From contig JAUWGH010000003.1 of assembly GCA_030606485.1 (NCBI GenBank), positions 420,001 through 452,000 of the forward strand: 32,000 nucleotides of DNA. Direction: 5' to 3'. Positions within the stretch are counted from its first letter, which is position 1; each line of letters begins with the position of its first letter. The notes under the pieces were generated by a model that did no database searches, was not told the origin of the DNA, and saw only the letters and a program-made list of their open reading frames with translations. The DNA comes from Promethearchaeota archaeon (GTDB lineage Archaea > Asgardarchaeota > Lokiarchaeia > Sigyniarchaeales > SOKP01). A program made the position numbers and the translations under genes. This document shows, piece after piece, positions 1 through 9,731 of this stretch.

Positions 1-1019
1 CAAATGTGATTCAGACATTACAGTGGATGATGCATCCTTTAAAATCAGCAGTTATTGGAAAAGCTTCTTTAGTAATATGTGTTCCTATTTTCCATCAATA
101 TGGACATTGGGCTGTACATGCCTCCATTTCTTGGGGTATTCGCATATTTTTAATGGATCCAAGAGATATTGATAAAATGATTGAAATAATAAAAAAAAAT
201 CGTCCTTTTATGATCATTGGCGTTCCGACCCATTTTATGTTATTTCTTACTAAAGATATTCAGAGATTGCCAGTTTTTTTCTTTTCTGCTGCTGCTGCTC
301 TTCCTGAAGAGGTTGCTAAAAAGTTTGAGAAGAAAATTGGAGTTCCAATGGGTGAAGGCTATGGTGCGACAGAAACAACGGGGGGTACTCACTTAAATCT
401 TACAGCACTTTCAAAAGTTACAGGATTTGTTTCAAAAGTTAAAAGATCTATTGGAATACCAGTTCCTGATACGGAAGTTAAAATTGTAAACCTTGAGACT
501 GGTGAGGAAGTCCCAATTGGGGAAACCGGTGAAATATGGATTCGTGGTCCGCAAGTAATGAAAGGTTATTGGCCAACGCCAGGTAAAGGTTTAACCGAAG
601 ATGGGTGGCTTGCTATGGGTGATATTGGAAAAATGGATGAAGATGGCTTTTTCTACATCGTTGACCGTATCAAAGATATGATTAATGTATCAGGGATGAA
701 AGTTTATTCGAGGGTAGTGGACGATGTTTTATATGAATATCCAGGTGTCAGTGAGGTAGGTGTTATTGGAATTCCAGATCCAGACCGCCCAGGAAGTGAA
801 AGGGTAAAAGCTTTCATAACATTAAAACCAGAGTTCGAAGGTAAAGTTACTTCTGAAGAAATAATTGAATACTGTAAAGAGAAGCTTCCACCATACGCTA
901 TACCGAAGTCTGTTGAGTTTAAGAGAGATCTGCCTAAGACCCTTGCTATGAAAATCTTAAAGAGAAAACTAAGAGAAGAAGAAATCGATAAGATGAAAGC
1001 GAGAGGAGAAATTAAATAA
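1..1019 (+). CDS. Long-chain acyl-CoA synthetase (AMP-binding/ANL family), 5'-truncated by the window edge
   Basis: Reading frame is open from the window start. ANL motifs: GEGYGATE, GEIWIRGPQVMKGYW, GDIGKMDEDGFFYIVDRIKDMINVSG, LPKT...K. Confidence 0.93.
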   Translation, partial: NVIQTLQWMMHPLKSAVIGKASLVICVPIFHQYGHWAVHASISWGIRIFLMDPRDIDKMIEIIKKNRPFMIIGVPTHFMLFLTKDIQRLPVFFFSAAAALPEEVAKKFEKKIGVPMGEGYGATETTGGTHLNLTALSKVTGFVSKVKRSIGIPVPDTEVKIVNLETGEEVPIGETGEIWIRGPQVMKGYWPTPGKGLTEDGWLAMGDIGKMDEDGFFYIVDRIKDMINVSGMKVYSRVVDDVLYEYPGVSEVGVIGIPDPDRPGSERVKAFITLKPEFEGKVTSEEIIEYCKEKLPPYAIPKSVEFKRDLPKTLAMKILKRKLREEEIDKMKARGEIK

Positions 1020-1164
1020 TAATCACGAATTAATTTTCCAATCGTAGTTATCAATTTAAAAATTTCCTTTATTTTTTTATATAATTTCTAGTAATGATAA
1101 AAATGATCATAATCTTCAATGTATATGAATCCTGCATCACTTTCAGTTGATGGAAATGAAATAA

Positions 1165-1458
1165 ATGACCGTATATAGGATCAAGGTAATAGTAAAATTC
1201 TTTCTCCAATTTAGAGACTTTTTAAAAAAAAGTAAAATAGAAATTGAACTTAAAGAAGGAGCAGATATTTTCCAGGTTTTGGAGTCCATTTGTAATTTAT
1301 ATAATTTACGAGAGAAAATATTTAACGAGAAAAACGAACTTAGACAATGGATTAGGATATTGAAAAATGGAAGACAAATCAAATTTTTAAATGGCATTAG
1401 AACTAAACTTAGGCATGGAGATGTAATAGCACTGTTCCCACCTACAACTGGTGGATAA
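1165..1458 (+). CDS. MoaD/ThiS/SAMP ubiquitin-like (beta-grasp) protein
   Basis: 97 aa. ILKNGRQI...TKLRHGDVIALFPPTTGG with a free C-terminal di-glycine. Confidence 0.9.
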   Translation: MTVYRIKVIVKFFLQFRDFLKKSKIEIELKEGADIFQVLESICNLYNLREKIFNEKNELRQWIRILKNGRQIKFLNGIRTKLRHGDVIALFPPTTGG

Positions 1459-1628
1459 TATTACTTAGGTAGTTTTATAGATAATATTTTTTTTTATTTT
1501 TTATATAAAAACAAAATTATTTAATAGAATCAAATCTAAAATAAATTTAATAAAATCAAAAAGCTAAGAAATTTAAAGTAAATAAATATTCAAAACTTTT
1601 ACTAAAAAAAATAAAGAGAGTGAATGTT

Positions 1629-2096
1629 ATGGCAAAATTTGCTACAGATGAGTGGGCTGAACAATATGCTAAAGCCCTTAATGAAAACGAGGAATATAGG
1701 GCAGCGGCTGGGCCCAAAGGTTTTCCACCCGACGGGTGGGAAGGAGATTATATTTTTGTAATTGAGCCAAGCGGAAATTTAGATCATAAAATAGAAATGT
1801 GGATAGGACTATACCACGGCGATTGCACGGGAACTAAAATCTTAAAAAAGGAAGATAAATATCAACTTATAAAATCAGGAGAGAAGGCTCCAGAAGGTGT
1901 CATTGGAGTTGAATTTATCTATTCCGCAACCTATGATAACTGGGAAAAGATATTAAAGAAAGAATTGGATGCTGTTAAAGCGTTGTTGAAAGGACAAGCG
2001 AAACTCCAAGGCGATATGGCAAAAGTATTAAAAGCTACAAAAGCTGCAAAAGAGATGGTAAATACTTCAGCTAATATTGACACGCAATATTGGTAA
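1629..2096 (+). CDS. SCP2 sterol-carrier/lipid-binding domain protein
   Basis: F.TDEWAEQYAKALN, WEGDYIFVIE, LDAVKALLKGQAKLQGDMAKVL match the SCP2 pattern. ATG at 1629 follows AGAGAG (the track starts at GTG 1620). Confidence 0.85.
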   Translation: MAKFATDEWAEQYAKALNENEEYRAAAGPKGFPPDGWEGDYIFVIEPSGNLDHKIEMWIGLYHGDCTGTKILKKEDKYQLIKSGEKAPEGVIGVEFIYSATYDNWEKILKKELDAVKALLKGQAKLQGDMAKVLKATKAAKEMVNTSANIDTQYW

Positions 2097-2263
2097 ATTA
2101 TAAAAATTTTTTTTTATTTTATATTTTCTTAATTCTTGTTTTGTATATTATTTTTTAATAATAAATATTATTGCAGAATTAAGATTAGCCAAATTAAACC
2201 AAACTTTCTTTTTCTAAAATAAAAAAAAGTATTAAGAAATGAAAAAGTGAATGAAATTTTTTT

Positions 2264-2680
2264 TTACCTTATTTTATCTAAAACTAGAATTTTCGGAAGT
2301 TTTAATAATATCCCGAGATGACGCTTCCCATCACTTCCCTTTTCAAATCGTAATTTTCTATATCCAAACTCATTTTTTTTAGTCAACATATGTAAGGTTG
2401 AATTTTCGCCGCTAATAAAAGACAATATATCTTCTGGAGCTGCTTTTAATACCAAATCATAATCATCTAATTTATCTCTTGAGAAAGTAAAAATTCCATT
2501 TTCTGCAACCAAATTGGTCCAAAAGTAGTAATCCTTTTCAATTTGAAAGCCAATATTTATTCTCGCCTTAAATTTATTAAGTTTCTTTAAATTTTTAGGA
2601 TTTTTTCGTTTATCTTCTATTACACTATCAAATACATTTTTTAAAGTTGAAAATAAAGTTTCCTTTTGAGATTCTTCCAT
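2264..2680 (-). CDS. Divergent SCP2-like domain protein
   Basis: 138 aa. The pattern INIGFQI...TNLVAENG...DYDLVLKAAPEDILSFISGENSTLHML...LRFE resembles the SCP2 fold. Confidence 0.6.
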   Translation of the reverse strand: MEESQKETLFSTLKNVFDSVIEDKRKNPKNLKKLNKFKARINIGFQIEKDYYFWTNLVAENGIFTFSRDKLDDYDLVLKAAPEDILSFISGENSTLHMLTKKNEFGYRKLRFEKGSDGKRHLGILLKLPKILVLDKIR

Positions 2681-2953
2681 AATTATTTACCCAAATAAGA
2701 CATTTTTAAGTTGTTTTATTTTAATTTTCTTTTGAATAAAAATTTAAATTTACATCTATATAAAAATTGTTTTAATTTATCTCCGATTTTCCGAAATGAA
2801 TAATAAATTCTTTAATTGAATATCCTTGATTTACTTGAACTTGAATTTATTTTTTTACTGTTGCCACTTCGGTTATGAATTCAACATTTTTCTTTACTTT
2901 ACGTTCCCAATATTGCGGCTTATAGGCAGTAAATTTCTGACTGGAATTAAAAT

Positions 2954-3709
2954 TCAAAAAATTTTTGGAAAGATTTTTTTAGTATTTTCCAAAATCTGAG
3001 ATTTTAAGTCATTAACAGGAATTTTCTTAATTTTAGATATTTGATTTAACACACCTTGAATCATTGAGGGAGCTCCAGTTTGATTATGATATCTGACGGG
3101 TCCATCGCTTTCTAATAAAAGATTCGAAGAATCACAAAGTTCTACGGTTTTTTTAACAGGAGGTGAATATTCGATTGCTGGGGTTACTGAAAAAAAGTAA
3201 CCTCTATCCAAACCAGCTTTTACTAGATCTTGTGGTCCAGAATACCAATGAATGTTAATATTAGGTAGATTATAAGTGGGTAATATTTCGAATACTTCCT
3301 TTTCTGCTCCTTTCACATGCAAGTTCACTGGTAAATTAAACTTTTGAGCTAGTCCCAGCATAGTTTTAAATATTTTTTCCTGCAGAGGCCATAATGTATT
3401 ATCTTTAACAAAATAGTGATCTATTCCAATTTCTCCGATTGCACATAATTCATCGCTATTGATAGTGATAAAGTCTATAATCTCATCTAATTCCTCATCA
3501 ATATTTTTATTTTCTTGAACTTCTTGCGGATGAATTCCAAGAGCCGGGTAAACAGCCTTAAATCTCTCACTTAGATCCATAATCCTTTTTTGACTTACAG
3601 CGCTCATAGCGACGGCAATTATTTTCTCAACTCCGATCTGTTGGGCTTCTGAGATAATTTCTTCTGGAACTAAGTATAAGTTTAAATGACAATGGACATC
3701 AATTAACAT
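2954..3709 (-). CDS. tatD: TatD-family metal-dependent nuclease/hydrolase
   Basis: IDVHCHL, LGIHP, AIGEIGID, LPVNLH, IHWYSG, LLLESDGP. The start overlaps the upstream stop (TAATG). Confidence 0.93.
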   Translation of the reverse strand: MLIDVHCHLNLYLVPEEIISEAQQIGVEKIIAVAMSAVSQKRIMDLSERFKAVYPALGIHPQEVQENKNIDEELDEIIDFITINSDELCAIGEIGIDHYFVKDNTLWPLQEKIFKTMLGLAQKFNLPVNLHVKGAEKEVFEILPTYNLPNINIHWYSGPQDLVKAGLDRGYFFSVTPAIEYSPPVKKTVELCDSSNLLLESDGPVRYHNQTGAPSMIQGVLNQISKIKKIPVNDLKSQILENTKKIFPKIF

Positions 3710-4878
3710 TAGTAATCTCTATACCTCCTTACTGCGTCAAACATTGCCACAATATTTTCTGGAGGGACTTCTGCAGTAATATTATGAATATTTGTGGCTA
3801 TATAGCCCCCACCGGGTTTAAAACATTCTATATTATATTTTACTTCTTCAGTTATTTCTTTTGGTGTTCCAAACGGAAGAGTTTTTTGAGTATTACAAAG
3901 ACCGCCCCAAAAAGTAATAATATCTCCGAATCTCTTTTTCAGACTACAAGGTTCCATATCATAGGCTGAGATTTGAACGGGGTTATAGATATCATAACCT
4001 ATATCTGCAAAATGGGGCAAAAATAAGGAAGTCGATCCGCAACAATGATAATTAATCTTCACATCAGCGAGTTCATGAATCTTCTCGGATAACCTTTTTT
4101 CTATTGGTTTGATAATAGTTTCATATATTTTTATATTCATTATTGGTCCTGCTTGTTCTCCTAAGTCACCATTTATACACACGACATCCAGAAATTCTCC
4201 GACTTCATTTAAATATGTTATATTATAATCAATCCAATGTTTTAACAAACCCTCCATCGCAGCAATTATTAATTCTGGCTTTGTTAGTAAATATCTTAAT
4301 GCTTTTATGAAACCAAACAAGAAAGTCGTATATTCATAAATACATCCAGTAACAGGAGTTACTAAAGCAAAGTTGGTTTCTTCATAAAGTTTTTTAGCGT
4401 ATTCCTTCAATCCCTTAAAAGGTGTTTTATCTTTACCATCAGGCCATTTGTAATTTTCTATCTCATGCACTGTTTTAAAATCTTCAAAAGGATGAATCAC
4501 CGGATCATAATATAAAATATCTTCAATATCTTTATCTGCATCATTCCCCCAAAAAACTCCGAATTGATCGTATATCCCAATATATTTTCCTTCTTGCTGG
4601 GGTTCAAAACTAACATCCAGTAGACTTCCTAAAGGGCGAATATATCGAGTATCAACTTCAAATCGTTCTAATAATTCCTCACATGGATATGCAATTTGTT
4701 GTATAAAATCAGAATATTGAATATTTTTGTCTTCAATTTCAAGGAAATCGATCAATCTTTTATATGCTTTAATGTGGATACTAGATTGATTTCCACCTAA
4801 ATCTATTGGAATTTTATCGGGTTCCCTATGATCGAGTGTCGTATTTAATCTTTCCCTAGAATTCATATGATTATTCAT
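3709..4878 (-). CDS. Uroporphyrinogen decarboxylase-fold protein (URO-D/MtaA-CmuA-like, not clearly HemE)
   Basis: SRERL..TLDHREPD.IP.DLGG, NGDLG, YHCCG, NPVQ, LKKRFG..ITFWGG, FGTP.EI.EEV, GGGYI...HNI...VPPENIVAMFDA. Confidence 0.85.
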   Translation of the reverse strand: MNNHMNSRERLNTTLDHREPDKIPIDLGGNQSSIHIKAYKRLIDFLEIEDKNIQYSDFIQQIAYPCEELLERFEVDTRYIRPLGSLLDVSFEPQQEGKYIGIYDQFGVFWGNDADKDIEDILYYDPVIHPFEDFKTVHEIENYKWPDGKDKTPFKGLKEYAKKLYEETNFALVTPVTGCIYEYTTFLFGFIKALRYLLTKPELIIAAMEGLLKHWIDYNITYLNEVGEFLDVVCINGDLGEQAGPIMNIKIYETIIKPIEKRLSEKIHELADVKINYHCCGSTSLFLPHFADIGYDIYNPVQISAYDMEPCSLKKRFGDIITFWGGLCNTQKTLPFGTPKEITEEVKYNIECFKPGGGYIATNIHNITAEVPPENIVAMFDAVRRYRDY

Positions 4879-5033
4879 TATACTATTGTTTCTTATTAAT
4901 TTAATTAGTTCGCAAAAATTTATAATCTATTTTTAAAAAATATAGAATTGCTAAGATCTTCAATGTGATTTCAAATTAATATAAAAAAAATATAGTTTTA
5001 TTAACATTGTCCAACGAAAATTAAGTGATAAAA

Positions 5034-6596
5034 ATGGAAGGAAAATATATTTTAACTTATGATTTGGGAACGGCTAGTCTTAAAACTGCACTTTTTGACC
5101 TAAATTTAAATATAGTTTATCAAACAATTGAGAAATATCCGATGTATTATCCGAAACCAGGATGGGCAGAGCAAGAAGCAGAAGATTGGTGGAAATCTGT
5201 TATAAAAACAACTCAAACTATTATTCAAGGAAATAATATAGATCCAAATGAAGTGGCTGCGTTAAGCTTCGATTGTCAAGGGAATTGTACAGTTCCTATA
5301 GATCGAGAGGGTAATCCTTTAATGCGAGCGATTAATTGGCTCGATACTCGTGCGTCTATAATAACACATAAATTTACGAAAGGAATAATAAAAATATCCG
5401 GTTATGGTTTAAGAACACTTCTTATGTTTCTTAAAATTACGGGGGGTGCTCCAGGAATTAACGGGAAGGATCCAATTTCACATATTCTATGGATTAAGGA
5501 AAAAGAACCAGAGATTTATAGTAAGACTTATAAATTTCTAAGTTGTAAAGATTATGTTATTTATAAATGCACTAATAGAGCCATAATTTCCAGAGATTTA
5601 GCTAATACAGCCTGGCTCATGGATTCTAATCCGGATAAATTTATTTGGTCAGAAAAAATTTTAAGCAAATTTAAAATAGATAAGGAAAAATTACCTGAGA
5701 TAAAAAAATCAACGGAATTAGCCGGTGAATTAACTAAAATTGCTGCTGAAAAGCTTGGTCTGAAGCCAGGAATTCCTATTATTGTAGGATCATTTGATGG
5801 TACTGCTGCGGCAATAGGTTCAGGGGCGATATTAAATAATCAAATCCATATATGTCTGGGTACAGCGGATTGGATCGCTACTCACATTTCTGAAAGAAAA
5901 AAAGATCTTATGCATTACACCGGATCAATTTGTTCTGCAAAAGATAATTACTTATGTTTATCGAAACAAGAAACTGGTGGGACATGTTTAGACTGGATTA
6001 AAAATCAAATGTTTAAAGAAGAAGTAGATAAATTTAAAGAAAATCCTAAAGAGCTTTATAAATATCTGGATTCGATTGTAGAAAAAATTGAGCCTGGAGC
6101 GAAAAACCTTCTTTTTACACCCTGGATGTATGGAGAAAGAAGTCCAATAAATGATCCAAACGTTAGAGGAGGGTTCTATAATCTCAGTCTTGAGCATGAG
6201 AGAGCAGATTTACTTAGAGCTCTATATGAAGGAATTGCGTTTAACATTAAATGGGGTTTAAAATTCGTAGAAAAATTAGTGGGAACTACTGAAAGTATTA
6301 ATTTCATTGGGGGCGGTGCTAAGTCAGATATTTGGTGCCAGATATTAGCTGATATATTAGAAAGAAATATCAATCAAATGGATGAGCCTGATTTTGGAAG
6401 CGTAAGAGGAGCTGCAATAATTGCAATGGTGGGTTTAGGTATTTTCAAAGATTTCTCAGAAGCAATTAAATTAATTAAAGTTAAGAATTCCTATAAACCC
6501 AACATTGATAATAAAAAAATATATGATAAACTATTCAGTGAATACATTAAAATCTATAAAAGAAATAAAAAGATGTTTAAAAATTTAAATGTATAA
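5034..6596 (+). CDS. FGGY-family carbohydrate kinase (xylulokinase-like)
   Basis: YDLGTASLKT, GWAEQ, NWLDTR, GERSP, RALYEG, GGGAKSDIWCQILAD. ATG 5034 chosen over GTG 5025. Confidence 0.92.
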   Translation: MEGKYILTYDLGTASLKTALFDLNLNIVYQTIEKYPMYYPKPGWAEQEAEDWWKSVIKTTQTIIQGNNIDPNEVAALSFDCQGNCTVPIDREGNPLMRAINWLDTRASIITHKFTKGIIKISGYGLRTLLMFLKITGGAPGINGKDPISHILWIKEKEPEIYSKTYKFLSCKDYVIYKCTNRAIISRDLANTAWLMDSNPDKFIWSEKILSKFKIDKEKLPEIKKSTELAGELTKIAAEKLGLKPGIPIIVGSFDGTAAAIGSGAILNNQIHICLGTADWIATHISERKKDLMHYTGSICSAKDNYLCLSKQETGGTCLDWIKNQMFKEEVDKFKENPKELYKYLDSIVEKIEPGAKNLLFTPWMYGERSPINDPNVRGGFYNLSLEHERADLLRALYEGIAFNIKWGLKFVEKLVGTTESINFIGGGAKSDIWCQILADILERNINQMDEPDFGSVRGAAIIAMVGLGIFKDFSEAIKLIKVKNSYKPNIDNKKIYDKLFSEYIKIYKRNKKMFKNLNV

Positions 6597-6664
6597 ATTC
6601 CCCCGCAAAATATAAAAGAATTCCCTTCAAATTACTATTAAATATTAATCGTGATGATGGAAAT

Positions 6665-7768
6665 ATGAGTGAAGAGAATTTAGATATATACCGTGAATTG
6701 CAAAGACACCTCGATAAAATGCCAATTGGGTTTCCTACGACGAGATCGGGAGTTGATATCCGCATATTAAAACATTTATTCACACCTGAAGAGGCAGAGA
6801 TTGCCAAGAAATTGAGTTTCATTCCAAAACCTTTGAAAAAAATTTATAGATACGTAAAGAAGTTTGGGGTGTCCATCGAAGAATTAGAGAAGATTTTAGA
6901 CGTCATGGTTAATAAGGGGTCCATAAATTATGATAAAAAAGAAGATGAGAAATACTATGGAAATGCCCCTTTCGTAATCGGGATGCATGAATACCAGGTA
7001 AGCCTACTCACAAAAGAGTATTATAAAGATGTTCAACAATATATTGAGGAGGCATTCTTAGATGAGTATGTAAAGATGGGACCCCAGATACGCACCATAC
7101 CAATGGAAGAAAGCATTACACCAGAACATCATATAGCAAGTTATAATGATCTAAAACAAATTATTGAAAATGAAGAGGGTCCATTCAGTGTGTTTAGCTG
7201 TATTTGTCGTAAGGGGAAGAGACTCATTGGACAATCATGCAATCAAACATCTCGGGATGAAACTTGCATGACATTTGGGGGTGGAGCTCAATTTTTTATA
7301 GATCAAGGATGGAGTCGAAAAATAAGTAAAGCAGAAGCCCTTGAAATCTTACGTAAAAATGAAGCTGATGGTTTGGTTCTTCAACCAGCAAATATTAGGA
7401 AACCTGGTTTTATTTGTTCTTGTTGTGGGTGTTGTTGTGATATTTTATTAAACGCTAAGAAGCTAGTCCGTCCAATAGAAGCATTTACGACCAATTATTA
7501 TGCAGAGGTTGATATTGAATTATGCACAGGATGTGAAACTTGTGTTGATCGTTGTCAAATGGATGCCTTGACTCTTATTGACGACATTTCTGTAGTAAAT
7601 CTAGATCGATGTATTGGTTGTGGTCTCTGTGTTCCAACATGCCCTTCAGGGGCTATGCAACTTAATAAAAAAAAAGAGGAGATCGTCCCCCCAAAAGATA
7701 AAACCGAATTATTCCTCGGTTTTGTGGATAGAAAAGCGGAACTGGCTCGGATTAAAAAGAACCAGTAA
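6665..7768 (+). CDS. Iron-sulfur protein: N-terminal helical/HTH-like region, Cys-rich core and C-terminal 2x[4Fe-4S] ferredoxin domain
   Basis: CICR..C..ETC and CSCCGCCC in the core. CTGCETCVDRCQ and CIGCGLCVPTCP ferredoxin motifs at the C-terminus. Confidence 0.85.
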   Translation: MSEENLDIYRELQRHLDKMPIGFPTTRSGVDIRILKHLFTPEEAEIAKKLSFIPKPLKKIYRYVKKFGVSIEELEKILDVMVNKGSINYDKKEDEKYYGNAPFVIGMHEYQVSLLTKEYYKDVQQYIEEAFLDEYVKMGPQIRTIPMEESITPEHHIASYNDLKQIIENEEGPFSVFSCICRKGKRLIGQSCNQTSRDETCMTFGGGAQFFIDQGWSRKISKAEALEILRKNEADGLVLQPANIRKPGFICSCCGCCCDILLNAKKLVRPIEAFTTNYYAEVDIELCTGCETCVDRCQMDALTLIDDISVVNLDRCIGCGLCVPTCPSGAMQLNKKKEEIVPPKDKTELFLGFVDRKAELARIKKNQ

Positions 7769-7779
7769 AAAACAAGTTC

Positions 7780-7819
7780 AGATTGAATTATATAATTTAA
7801 TTTTATTCAATCTTTTTTT
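7780..7819 (+). terminator. Putative hairpin plus T-tract terminator of the Fe-S gene
   Basis: AGATTGAAT (7780-7788) and ATTCAATCT (7805-7813) are perfect 9-bp inverted arms with a 16-nt loop. They start 11 nt after the stop and run directly into a T7 tract. Confidence 0.45.
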
Positions 7820-7947
7820 AATATTATTCATTTTGCATTATGAGAGAATATTACTTATTATCATACATTTTATAATTTTTGGCAGTAAATTGAATTTAAG
7901 AATATTTGGGAATACAGAATAAAATAAAAAAATGTGCTAAATAATTG

Positions 7948-9441
7948 ATGAATATTGATATAATTGATGTATTTCTTCATCCTAGATCTGTTGCTGTCAT
8001 AGGTGCTTCAAAAAATCCTATGAAAGGCGGAAATCGCATTGTAAATAATCTTATACAAAATAATTTTAAGGGAAAGGTTTATCTTATAAATCCAAACTCA
8101 GAAGGTAAATTGCTCGGTTTAGAATTTAAGAAATCAGTTTTAGAAATTGAAGATGAAGTTGATCTTGCTATTTTTTATGTTCCAAATCGACTTATACCCG
8201 GTCTATTAAAAGATTGCATAAAAAAAGGTATTAAAGGGGCAATTATTGAGGCATCTGGATTTGAAGAGGTGGGTGAAAAGGGTCTTGAATTAAGTGATCA
8301 AATCCTTAAAATAACGGATAATTTCTCGAAAATAAGAATTGTTGGACCGAATTGTATGGGACTTACAACAATTGATGGTGATAGCGAAGGTGATGAAAAA
8401 GGGGGTTTTTTTTGCGGGTTTGGAGTTTTTACAAATTACAAAAGAGGAAATGTTGCAATAATTAGCCAATCGGGAATGTTGAATGGTGGATATCTCATGT
8501 ATCTAATGTCAAAATATCCGAATCTGGGTTTTCGATATTCATGTTCCATTGGAAATAAAATGGATTTAAGTGAATTGGAATTTTTAGAATATTTATTAGA
8601 AGATTCCACTGTCAATGTTATTGCTTTATATCTTGAATCATTTAAAGATCCTATTAAGTTCATTAAATTATGCAGAAAAGTTAAAAATATTCCAAATAAG
8701 ACGATTATCTTAGTAAAGGGTGGAGTAACTACTCAAGGTCAGAAAGCAACTTTAAGCCATACGGGAGCTCTTGCAGAGAATTCGCAATTGATTGATGCTG
8801 TAATTAAGCAAGCAGGTATAATACGAGCGTATAGCTTCCATGAATTATTTCAGTTTGCTAGAACTTTCTCAATGATGTATAACACAGGAAAAAAATTGCC
8901 TAAATGGGGTAATGTTTCAATGATTGCTGGTTCTGGAGGTGCAGGCACAATTTCAGCCGATCTCACCATAAAATATGGTCTAAATTTTCCTATTTTGGGA
9001 GATAAGGCATATAAAACATTAGAAGATGTGTTTCCAGAGTGGATGCCTCCAAATCGATTCGCACTTGTAGATATATGGCCAGCTATGGAAAAAGCTATAA
9101 TGAATAAGGTGGGACTTGATGCTGTAATGAATTCTGTTTACAAGGCAGTATTAAGTGAACCTGATATTGAAGGCCTTTTTAATATGATGTTTTGTTCGAA
9201 ACAATTTAGATTTTTAAGTAATGTCGATCAAATAATTGAAATTGCTAGTCGATCTCCAAAACCAATATTTTTTTGGTTGATTGGTGAAGATAAGGAGGTT
9301 CGTCGAAATTCAGAATTGTTAGCCAAAAATAATTTACCATCCTTTTCCAGTTTAGAAGATATGGTCAAAAACTTTTGGGTATTAGTTCAAGAATCAAATA
9401 ATAAAAATAAAATTTTAAACAAATTTATGACTCAGAACTAA
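7948..9441 (+). CDS. ADP-forming acyl-CoA synthetase (ACD) alpha subunit / CoA-binding protein
   Basis: PRSVAVIGAS, GPNCMG, ISQSG, SIGNKMD, YLESF, phospho-His motif SHTGALA, SGGAG. No ATP-grasp beta domain. Confidence 0.9.
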   Translation: MNIDIIDVFLHPRSVAVIGASKNPMKGGNRIVNNLIQNNFKGKVYLINPNSEGKLLGLEFKKSVLEIEDEVDLAIFYVPNRLIPGLLKDCIKKGIKGAIIEASGFEEVGEKGLELSDQILKITDNFSKIRIVGPNCMGLTTIDGDSEGDEKGGFFCGFGVFTNYKRGNVAIISQSGMLNGGYLMYLMSKYPNLGFRYSCSIGNKMDLSELEFLEYLLEDSTVNVIALYLESFKDPIKFIKLCRKVKNIPNKTIILVKGGVTTQGQKATLSHTGALAENSQLIDAVIKQAGIIRAYSFHELFQFARTFSMMYNTGKKLPKWGNVSMIAGSGGAGTISADLTIKYGLNFPILGDKAYKTLEDVFPEWMPPNRFALVDIWPAMEKAIMNKVGLDAVMNSVYKAVLSEPDIEGLFNMMFCSKQFRFLSNVDQIIEIASRSPKPIFFWLIGEDKEVRRNSELLAKNNLPSFSSLEDMVKNFWVLVQESNNKNKILNKFMTQN

Positions 9442-9731
9442 TAAATTATTTCCCAAATATCAAAAATAATTGTCATTCATTCTTTTTTGAGATTTCATGT
9501 TTAATTCTTTCAAATTCTTTAATAATATCGAATAAAAACAATTCATTAATTAAAGTAAAGGAGACCTTCAAACCCAATCTTGATAACAAAAGGAATTAAG
9601 ATAAACTTTTCTTTGAATATGTTAAAAATTATAAAAAAGTAAAAATATAAATACAAAAAAGTTTAATAATTCTAATGTTTTAAATTCCAATTTTATTGAA
9701 TAAAAATTATAATGAGAGGTGAAAGTGATTT

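Noticed and set aside
1112-4966. Shared 11-mer ATCTTCAATGT upstream of the SAMP gene (1112-1122) and the FGGY kinase (4956-4966)
   Set aside because: At this AT content several 11-mer matches between intergenic regions are expected by chance. It is not palindromic and the spacing to the starts differs.
9474-9590. Minus-strand protein-like fragment LLSRLGLKVSFTLINELFLFDIIKEFERIKHEISKKNE*
   Set aside because: Under 40 codons, with no convincing start and no recognisable family. It could be a remnant but is unsupported.
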